Shown in pieces: positions 1 to 6,395 of a stretch of DNA of 42,840 bases. Under the pieces are notes generated by a model that saw only the letters and a program-made list of their open reading frames with translations, had not been told where the DNA came from and did not search any database. Location: IMG/VR virus record IMGVR_UViG_3300049982_000154, positions 1 through 42,840 of that record, one strand, 5' to 3'. The translations under genes and the position numbers were made by a program. Within the stretch, counting starts at the first letter, position 1; each line of letters starts with the position of its first letter. This DNA comes from a virus. Its lineage: Duplodnaviria; Caudoviricetes.

Positions 1-51
1 CGGTCCACGTGGACCGCCCCTTCTTGTGTAGATGCTGTGTGAGCGCAGGAT

Positions 52-387
52 CTATTCCCGCCACTCCTTCAGCACCTCGCCCGTATCATTATCGACGCGT
101 TTCCGGACGCCGCCGGGATGCCATTCCACGCGGATGCTCGGCCCGTACTTGGCCCGGTATGCCGCCTTCCCTTCCGGGGTGTCCGCCCAGCACTCCACCT
201 CATGCGGAGTGATGCGCCGGCCCAGCTCCGTCTGCAGCTCCCGCCACTGCCGGTTGAGCGCCGCGCGATCGCGCCGAATCTCCGCCTTCGTCGCCTCGCC
301 GTCGTGCTCCAGGTTCTCCGGCGAGAGCCCGCCCGCCACGTCGAGCAGGTCCAGCAGGATCACCGCTTGGGGTCGTTTCTCAGGCAT
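52..387 (-). CDS. Hypothetical phage protein (111 aa)
   Basis: ATG preceded by AAGGA, 11 bp after the upstream gene; plausible charged helical protein. Confidence 0.7.
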   Translation of the reverse strand: MPEKRPQAVILLDLLDVAGGLSPENLEHDGEATKAEIRRDRAALNRQWRELQTELGRRITPHEVECWADTPEGKAAYRAKYGPSIRVEWHPGGVRKRVDNDTGEVLKEWRE

Positions 388-398
388 GGGTCGTATCC

Positions 399-830
399 TT
401 ACCAGTCCCCTTCGCTATCGACTGACGCCCTTCCGTCCCAGTAGTTCCGCCCGTCCCAGTGAGTGCCCGCGTGCCCTAGTTTGAGCAGGCAGACCACGTT
501 CCCGGACTCGTGCTCCACGGCCGCGCAAAGCCCTGGCCCGTCCGGCCAGGGCTCAGCCCACTCGGCGCTGAGATAGAGCTCGCTGCACTCGCGAACATAC
601 CGGACCTTCCATGCTGCCTGCCAGCGCCACATTCGCTGCCGGAAGTCGGCGTCCAACCAGCCCTCTCCCGGCGAGTCGCTCGTCTCCAGGTCCCAGGCCA
701 GCGCTCGGCGGCAGTCCTTCCACGCTTCGCCCCACACTTCCAGTAGATGCGTTCGGACCTGCTCCGCGGTCCACTGGCCAAAAGGCCCGGGCTCTTGCTC
801 AACTGCGCTCATATCGGTGGTAAGTGTCAT
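399..830 (-). CDS. Hypothetical protein, Trp-rich, with C-terminal C..C..GHxGxH putative metal-binding motif
   Basis: ATGA overlap with the upstream gene; sequence LCAAVEHESGNVVCLLKLGHAGTHWDG. Confidence 0.7.
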   Translation of the reverse strand: MTLTTDMSAVEQEPGPFGQWTAEQVRTHLLEVWGEAWKDCRRALAWDLETSDSPGEGWLDADFRQRMWRWQAAWKVRYVRECSELYLSAEWAEPWPDGPGLCAAVEHESGNVVCLLKLGHAGTHWDGRNYWDGRASVDSEGDW

Positions 831-1045
831 CGCCGAGTGAGATCCACGTAGATGCTACGACCGTAGCTCAGGCCCTGGATATTGAGCCGCCAATGCGTAC
901 CGCCGTAGTAGATAGTCAACTCTGGCCAGGTCGCCTTGCAGATCCGGGCCAGGTGCTCCGGATCGTCCGCCAGCTCGATTGCGGCCCGCACCAGTGCCAG
1001 CTGGGCGTCTTCCGCGGCATTACACTCCGCCTCAATAACTCGCAT
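827..1045 (-). CDS. Hypothetical protein (72 aa)
   Basis: GGTGGAG RBS upstream of the ATG; translationally coupled to the next gene. Confidence 0.7.
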   Translation of the reverse strand: MRVIEAECNAAEDAQLALVRAAIELADDPEHLARICKATWPELTIYYGGTHWRLNIQGLSYGRSIYVDLTRR

Positions 1046-1064
1046 AGGTAATCTCCACCGACTG

Positions 1065-1093
1065 GGCAGTACGAGTGATCTACTCGTACTGCC
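1065..1093. repeat. Perfect 12-bp inverted repeat just downstream of the integrase
   Basis: GGCAGTACGAGT-gatct-ACTCGTACTGCC; no U-tract on either strand. Confidence 0.8.
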
Positions 1094-1099
1094 GACTTA

Positions 1100-2203
1100 C
1101 TACGCCGCCCGGGCTGAATGACGCTGGAACCGGCCGCGATCTCCAGCGGAGCGCCGACTGCCAGGCACCACCCGCGCAGATTGCGAACCTGTTACCGGCC
1201 GAGGTTCGGCACTACGAGTAGCTGCTGCCCCGCGAATGACCTCTGAGACCGCCTTCGCCGCCCGCTTTTTCTTCGTGTCATCGGTGTAGAGGTAACGCTC
1301 AGTGGTCACGATCGACGAGTGCCGCAGCATCTTCTGCGCGGTCTTGAGATCCTCACGCGCGGCCACCGTGGTACCGAACCAGTGGCGCATCGCATGCCGC
1401 TGCAGCTCGCTATCGCTCAAGCCGGCGTGCGCGAGGAGTTCGTCCCACAGCCGCTTCAGCGCCCGCCAGGCCATCCGCCGGCTTTTGCTCACCGGGAACA
1501 ACGCCTCTTTCGCCGGGCTGTGCATCTTCCGCTGGCCGGCCCACTCGGCACGCACCTGTAGCCACTCCGCAAGCCAGGGTCTCGTTTCCTCATCCACGGG
1601 CAGCTCATCCCAGGAGCCGCCTTTGCCGTTCCGGACCCGGATCAGCCAGTCTTCCGGGGTCCCGTCGGCCTGCAGCCCGGTGCGCTGGATGACATCTGCG
1701 ACATTCAAGGCTTGCAGCTCACCCGACCGGAGCCCGCACTCGCACAGCAGTACGATGATGGCGCGCGTCTTATAACGCCGAATGCGAAGGGGCTCGTTGA
1801 ATTCGGGGAGACCATCCGCCGCCGCATAGAGGCGCTTGATCTCGGCGTCGGAAGGCTTGCGACGGTAGCCCTCACCCGCCTTCGGGAGGCGCATCTCGCG
1901 GAGATCAGGGAGCTCACTAGCGCCGGCGGCGCCGGCCCAGGTCGCGAACGTCCGGATCGAGGAGAGCGTTACCTTCAGCGTCTTAGGCGAAACCGTCGCC
2001 TGGCGCTCCTTGAGATAGGTAGCCACGGTGGCGCGCTCGAAAGGCCGCGCGGCTGGGTCCAGCGCACACCAACGCGCGAACTGATTCAGCTTGCTACGAT
2101 ACTGCTCATGGGTTCGTAGGCTGTATTCGGGATCCGCCTTCAGTTCACTCAAATAGGTTTCGATCAGTTCGAGCACCGCGTGTCTCCAGGTAAGCGGCAT
2201 CAT
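1100..2203 (-). CDS. int: Tyrosine integrase
   Basis: Catalytic set intact: CGLRSGEL (R), GKGG (K), HAMRH (HxxR), MLRHSS (H), TERY (Y), plus an N-terminal SAM-like region. Adjacent to the tRNA fragment. Start placed at ATG 2203; the ORF is open to 2281. Confidence 0.93.
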   Translation of the reverse strand: MMPLTWRHAVLELIETYLSELKADPEYSLRTHEQYRSKLNQFARWCALDPAARPFERATVATYLKERQATVSPKTLKVTLSSIRTFATWAGAAGASELPDLREMRLPKAGEGYRRKPSDAEIKRLYAAADGLPEFNEPLRIRRYKTRAIIVLLCECGLRSGELQALNVADVIQRTGLQADGTPEDWLIRVRNGKGGSWDELPVDEETRPWLAEWLQVRAEWAGQRKMHSPAKEALFPVSKSRRMAWRALKRLWDELLAHAGLSDSELQRHAMRHWFGTTVAAREDLKTAQKMLRHSSIVTTERYLYTDDTKKKRAAKAVSEVIRGAAATRSAEPRPVTGSQSARVVPGSRRSAGDRGRFQRHSARAA

Positions 2204-2311
2204 CGCCGTGACGCATAACTTCCCACACTGGGGGTGAATTCGTAGGGTGCAAAGGGGGCAGAGTGTGACACGGAGAGGCAAGTGTGTGGCTGCCTAAGAA
2301 CCGGCCGAACA

Positions 2312-2358
2312 ACGGTTTCGTAAACCGTAGGTCAGGGGTTCGAGTCCCCTTGTCGGCC
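2312..2358 (+). other. 3' part of tRNA-Thr(CGT); probable attP core
   Basis: Anticodon arm ACGGT-TTCGTAA-ACCGT, variable loop AGGTC, T arm AGGGG-TTCGAGT-CCCCT, acceptor 3' strand TGTCGGC. No D arm or normal 5' half. About 110 bp from the int start and followed by a terminator. Confidence 0.88.
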
Positions 2359-2363
2359 ATACG

Positions 2364-2402
2364 AGTCCCCGCGAGAGAGCTTTCTCTCCGGGGGCTTTTT
2401 TC
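2364..2402 (+). terminator. Intrinsic terminator after the tRNA fragment
   Basis: AGTCCCCGCGAGAGA-gctt-TCTCTCCGGGGGCT followed by a T-tract. Confidence 0.8.
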
Positions 2403-2512
2403 GTACCGCCCCTACGCCTACCCCGTCGCTCTAGCACTCCCAACTGAGCTACTCTGATCACCCGCTCTCGACAGTTGCTTGCCTACCGGATATCATCCGC
2501 CCGGAGGAAAGC

Positions 2513-2818
2513 ATGATGTCAACCACTGTTGGACCGCCTCTTACCACTAAAGAGATCCAGGCGCTCAGCTTCGATGATCTGGTTCGTCACATTGGCCTCA
2601 CGGCTTGCGCCGTCCACCAACTCCGACAAGACGCAGATACTATCGAGCAAGAGCACAGAGACCTCCAGGAAGAGGCCTTCCGCCGCCGTAACGAGCGCCT
2701 AAGGCGCGAACGCGAAGCCGAAGCGGCTACGCAACAAACGGCTTCTGACGCTCCCTCGCCAATGGCTTCCGACCCACCACCAGGAACTGAACTGACACAT
2801 TCGGGCCAGCCTGCGTAA
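2513..2818 (+). CDS. Hypothetical protein with coiled coil (101 aa)
   Basis: GGAGG RBS; charged helical segment; the low-complexity tail overlaps the convergent gene. Confidence 0.6.
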   Translation: MMSTTVGPPLTTKEIQALSFDDLVRHIGLTACAVHQLRQDADTIEQEHRDLQEEAFRRRNERLRREREAEAATQQTASDAPSPMASDPPPGTELTHSGQPA

Positions 2819-2924
2819 GGGGCACGATATGCATCACTTCATAGCCTTCGCCCTCAAGGTCGTTGAGCGTCCCCTTTAGCAACAACGGACCCGTCTCTCG
2901 TGCGTCCCACTCGTATTTCGCCAT
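2727..2924 (-). CDS. Small protein (65 aa), DUF4177-like, downstream of the repressor
   Basis: MxKYEW...LNDLEGEGYEVMHI pattern; purine-rich RBS. Confidence 0.6.
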   Translation of the reverse strand: MAKYEWDARETGPLLLKGTLNDLEGEGYEVMHIVPLTQAGPNVSVQFLVVGRKPLARERQKPFVA

Positions 2925-2981
2925 ACCCCCACCCTTTCTCGTTCGTAAATGAGCGAGAGGGGGTGATCACTCCCACGTCGG

Positions 2982-3419
2982 CTAGGGAGTACTAAACACC
3001 CCGGCGCCTGCTGAGTGCGAGCTCAGCGCCAGGGGGTGCATTACACGGCGGTCACCGAGTAGCGCAGCTATCGCGTCGATCCGCTCCGGCTGCTCCACCA
3101 ACCGCCGCACTGTCTCCAGTTGCTTCGGAGACAGACCGGTCATTTCCCACGCCACATCAGCGACCGGGGAAGGCAGCTCCGCACCGCTTGCAGTCACATG
3201 CGGAGAAGAGTAACCAGCGGCCCCTAACAGGCGCGAGCTTTGCGCGGCATTCAGGCCCAACCCCTCTACCATCGTCTCGATGGTTTCCCGGCTGGGAACC
3301 CTGCCGCTCCTCACCATACTGCTCACCCAGCCCGAACTGACGCCTGTGCGCCTGACTATGTCCGCCTGGGTGACCCGTTGCTCGCGCATGATCGCGAGTA
3401 ACTCATCCTGGAAGCACAT
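2982..3419 (-). CDS. CI-like XRE-family HTH repressor
   Basis: TQADIVRRTGVSSGWVSSMVRSGRVPS helix-turn-helix; GGAGG RBS; divergent from a small HTH gene. No S24 peptidase domain visible. Confidence 0.85.
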   Translation of the reverse strand: MCFQDELLAIMREQRVTQADIVRRTGVSSGWVSSMVRSGRVPSRETIETMVEGLGLNAAQSSRLLGAAGYSSPHVTASGAELPSPVADVAWEMTGLSPKQLETVRRLVEQPERIDAIAALLGDRRVMHPLALSSHSAGAGVFSTP

Positions 3420-3440
3420 CCCTTTCACCTCCGATCCAAC

Positions 3441-3469
3441 TTTACCACTGCGACCCAGAGTTTACCACT
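3441..3469 (-). promoter_or_regulatory. Tandem AGTGGTAAA repeats (extended -10 elements or operators) upstream of the repressor
   Basis: TTTACCACT at 3441-3449 and 3461-3469; on the minus strand these read TGGTAAAGT and TGGTAAACT. Confidence 0.55.
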
Positions 3470-3487
3470 AGAAAGGGAATTTCATTC

Positions 3488-3516
3488 GTGACAATGTTCT
3501 TACGCTGCGGTATGAT
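3488..3516 (+). promoter_or_regulatory. Sigma70-type rightward early promoter
   Basis: GTGACA-17 bp-TATGAT in the cI/cro intergenic region. Confidence 0.7.
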
Positions 3517-3577
3517 CTTCATCAGTAGGAAGTTTTCCTCTCTAGAACAAAGAGAGGCCAGCCCTGGGGACTTCGGA

Positions 3578-3781
3578 ATGACGACGGGACCACGCATTAC
3601 CAGCCTAATGAGGGCGATCTCACGGGCAAATGGCGGCCGCCCCATCCGGGACGTGCTGAAAGAGGCGATCAACACCACCGGAACGGTGAAGGGGGCTGCC
3701 CTGCGTCTCGGCATCAACGAGCAAACGGCGCAGGCGTGGGCAGAAGCTTTCGAAATCGAGATCAAGACCGTCGCCGTCTAG
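3578..3781 (+). CDS. Cro-like HTH protein
   Basis: TVKGAALRLGINEQTAQAW helix-turn-helix; divergent from the repressor. Start uncertain. Confidence 0.75.
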   Translation: MTTGPRITSLMRAISRANGGRPIRDVLKEAINTTGTVKGAALRLGINEQTAQAWAEAFEIEIKTVAV

Positions 3782-3795
3782 CAGCTTTCAACGCA

Positions 3796-3835
3796 AAACG
3801 GCCGCTCCCGATGGACCAGGAGCGGCCGTTTCTCT
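3796..3835 (+). terminator. Hairpin/terminator after the cro-like gene
   Basis: AAACGGCCGCTCC...GGAGCGGCCGTTT (13-bp stem) followed by CTCT. Confidence 0.65.
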
Positions 3836-3907
3836 AACCCGCCCGGTTGGTGACTTCAACACCTTCCAGGCCCGTCACCCGCCCCTGTCGGGGAGCGAGG
3901 ACAAGCA

Positions 3908-4381
3908 ATGGTAACGAGCACCAGACCGATCCGTCAAACCCGCCGCGCCGGGGCCTCTCCCGCCGCTGCGCCCGCCGTGCCCCCGTCGCTGATCGAGGCC
4001 CTCCGCGACCTGATCCGCCGCGAGCAGGCGGAACTCCGGCACCGGCCGGCCCGCGTCTACCTGCCCGGCCGCACGATCACCGGCTCCGCGCTGATCCGCC
4101 TGGATGGGTGGCTCGACGTTTACGACAAGGACATCGCCGAGGAGCTGGCCACGAAGTTGGAGCGGGTGGGCGTGCAACTCGTGAAGGCGCAGCGGGCGGG
4201 CGACCGGCTCCGGATCGCCGACCTGGAGCGGGACGCCGACGCGCTGCAGCGGGAGATCACCCAGCGGGAGACGGTCCTCTGCGAAAGCTTCCCGCCGCAG
4301 CGCATCGTGAGTATCGAGTGGCTGCTGGATGACGAGCCGGCCACCGGCTGCGACCTGTTCGGCTACGCGGAGGTTAACTGA
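3908..4381 (+). CDS. Hypothetical early protein (157 aa)
   Basis: GAGGA RBS; GC3-biased codons; operon position. Confidence 0.75.
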   Translation: MVTSTRPIRQTRRAGASPAAAPAVPPSLIEALRDLIRREQAELRHRPARVYLPGRTITGSALIRLDGWLDVYDKDIAEELATKLERVGVQLVKAQRAGDRLRIADLERDADALQREITQRETVLCESFPPQRIVSIEWLLDDEPATGCDLFGYAEVN

Positions 4382-4383
4382 CG

Positions 4384-5265
4384 ATGAGCTACCCCACTTC
4401 ATTCGCTGAAACGACGATCTCCCGACTGGAAACGGAAGTCCAGCAACTCCGGGACCAGCTTACCAACCGCGCCCGGCAAGCCGGCCAGGCGCAGGCCCTC
4501 GCCTCTCTCGCACTCCGGGAGCTGGCCGGCCCTTACCCCGAGCCGCAGCGCACCGTGGAGCTGCTCTTACAACTGCTCAGCGCCTCGCGCGGCGCTGAGG
4601 CGCCCGAAGCGCGCCTGGACTACCGCCGGATCAGCGCCACCGTAGCCGCCTGCCGGATCGTGGAACTGGACCGCCTCCAGCCGGAGCTCCTGGAGTCCCT
4701 ATTGCAGCCGGATCTCTACACGGAGTACGCGGAGCAAATCCGAGCGCGGCTCATCCGCGAAGAAGGCTACGCGCCGGAGGCCACCACCCTGGCGGCGGGG
4801 CTCTTCCAGTGGGTGCACGGCCACACCGAGAAGCTGCTGGATGCGGCCGCAGACGAGTCCTTTGGTCATTACAGCGGCGGGCTCGGCGAGTCGTCCCGGG
4901 CGGTATTGGATCCGCTCATCCGGGCCTCCCTAGAGGCTGCTGTAGTAGAGAGCACGTCCGAAGACGCCCTCACGGAGGCGGCGCGCCCCCTGATCCGGAC
5001 GTGCGTGGGTTGGGCCGCACCCGGAGCCCGGCCCCTGGAGACGGCGTTCCCGGTGCTGGGGCTCGATACGGACGAAATCTGTATCCCGGTACCCGTCTAC
5101 GTCAGTCATGGCGACCTGCCGGACACCCTCTCCCTGACCGTCACCCGCTACCACGAGCCCACCGGCGAAACGCTGGAGTTGCCCGTGCACTTGCAGTACC
5201 GCGATCTGCGGCACGATGCTACCGAAGGCTTGGTCGGCGTGTTCGGCGTTACGGAGGTCCACTGA
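4384..5265 (+). CDS. Hypothetical protein (293 aa)
   Basis: Starts 2 bp after the upstream stop; coding-like codon bias; N-terminal coiled coil. Confidence 0.8.
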   Translation: MSYPTSFAETTISRLETEVQQLRDQLTNRARQAGQAQALASLALRELAGPYPEPQRTVELLLQLLSASRGAEAPEARLDYRRISATVAACRIVELDRLQPELLESLLQPDLYTEYAEQIRARLIREEGYAPEATTLAAGLFQWVHGHTEKLLDAAADESFGHYSGGLGESSRAVLDPLIRASLEAAVVESTSEDALTEAARPLIRTCVGWAAPGARPLETAFPVLGLDTDEICIPVPVYVSHGDLPDTLSLTVTRYHEPTGETLELPVHLQYRDLRHDATEGLVGVFGVTEVH

Positions 5266-5266
5266 G

Positions 5267-5536
5267 ATGGAGCAATTCATCCTCTACAAGCGCGAGACGT
5301 GCGCGGCCTGCGACGCCAGCGGCGACCCGTGCCGCCTCTGCCAGGGGCAGGGCTTCACCGAAACCCGCGTGGACCTGGTACAGGCTCTCCAGCAACTCGG
5401 GCTCCTGGACGCGATGCGCTCCAACGCCGAGGCGGTACAGCAACTGCGCGAGTCACTCAGTCCGGAGCGGCTGCAGGAAGTGGCGCAGCGGGCCGTAGCG
5501 CTCGCTCACCGGGAAGGCGGGGTGTTCCGTGGCTAA
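5267..5536 (+). CDS. Small zinc-finger protein (CxxC...CxxCxGxG)
   Basis: GGAGG RBS; CAACDASGDPCRLCQGQG. Confidence 0.75.
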   Translation: MEQFILYKRETCAACDASGDPCRLCQGQGFTETRVDLVQALQQLGLLDAMRSNAEAVQQLRESLSPERLQEVAQRAVALAHREGGVFRG

Positions 5537-5933
5537 CGAAACCCCTGCCCCGCTTCCCGGACTGAGCCCGGCCGCCCGCGCCGGGCTCAGCATCCTCGCC
5601 GACGACGCCCGCCAGACCAAGCTGGCCCGCTGGATTCAGTCGCGCCAGCCGAGCAGCCCGGCCGGCATTCAGCTCTACGCCGCCCTGATCTGGATCCGCA
5701 ATCTGGAGTTGCTCGCGACCGTGCCGCCGCCCGCTGGGGGTGCCAGCCCGCTCCCGCTCAGCGTGCGGTTCGGCCTCGTCGCGCTGGCGCGCCGGGTGGA
5801 CATTGAAGAGTTGGCCGACCACCTGGCGCTGCGCGGCGCTTCCGAGACGGAGGTAGACGCGATCACCGAAGCGCTTACCTGGATCCTGCTCGGCGAACTG
5901 TCCCCGGTTTCGGAAAGCGAGGCCACGGTATGA
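5529..5933 (+). CDS. Hypothetical protein (134 aa)
   Basis: Overlapping start/stop with both neighbours. Confidence 0.7.
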   Translation: MANETPAPLPGLSPAARAGLSILADDARQTKLARWIQSRQPSSPAGIQLYAALIWIRNLELLATVPPPAGGASPLPLSVRFGLVALARRVDIEELADHLALRGASETEVDAITEALTWILLGELSPVSESEATV

Positions 5934-6181
5934 GCCAGCTTCTCCGCCGTCCTAAGGCAACCCCGGTTTCGAGAACCTTAGATCAGGGGTGCGAATCCCC
6001 TCTGACGCTGCGCGTGATCGGCTTCGATACGCCGGAACTGCGGGACCGCACCGCCGACCAGGCCACCGCGGAGCGTCTTCGCACTACGACCCTACTGCTC
6101 CATATCTACGCCGCCGCCCTGGCCTTCGGCTGGGCGGTCCTACTCCTCGCCGCGTGCGAGTTCGGACGGAAGCCGTACTGA
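5930..6181 (+). CDS. Small protein with a C-terminal hydrophobic helix
   Basis: ATGA coupling; LLLHIYAAALAFGWAVLLLAAC. Confidence 0.6.
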   Translation: MSQLLRRPKATPVSRTLDQGCESPLTLRVIGFDTPELRDRTADQATAERLRTTTLLLHIYAAALAFGWAVLLLAACEFGRKPY

Positions 6182-6256
6182 TGGAACGACTCATCAACGC
6201 CGCCGCGCAACGCCCGCGCACCCGGCCCACCGACCGGCCGGTCTGACGTACGTAGA

Positions 6257-6355
6257 AGCGCCGGCGGAAGCATCCCTCTTCCGCCGGCGCTGTTTGGTTT
6301 TCGTGCCTCGCCAGCACTCGGCCGGTCGCCCCGTAGTGGGGCGGCGGCCTCTTTT
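6257..6355 (+). terminator. Two tandem intrinsic terminators before the replication gene
   Basis: AGCGCCGGCGGAAG/CTTCCGCCGGCGCT plus GTTTGGTTTT, then GGCCGGTCGCCCC/GGGGCGGCGGCC plus TCTTTT. Confidence 0.7.
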
Positions 6356-6395
6356 CGCAGTGTAACACGACCGTCTTATAACCCGCTATTCCCCC

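Noticed and set aside
1100-1230. ssrA-like degradation tag at the integrase C-terminus (ends ARAA)
   Set aside because: Several proteins here end in AA in this Ala-rich genome, so the signal is too weak.
2285-2360. Complete functional tRNA-Thr gene
   Set aside because: No D arm and no correctly spaced 5' acceptor strand; treated as an att fragment.
2145-2360. 71-aa minus-strand ORF; possible attP-in-repressor (integration-dependent immunity) layout
   Set aside because: It is the antisense reading of the tRNA fragment, and the repressor ends at 2982, well away from attP.
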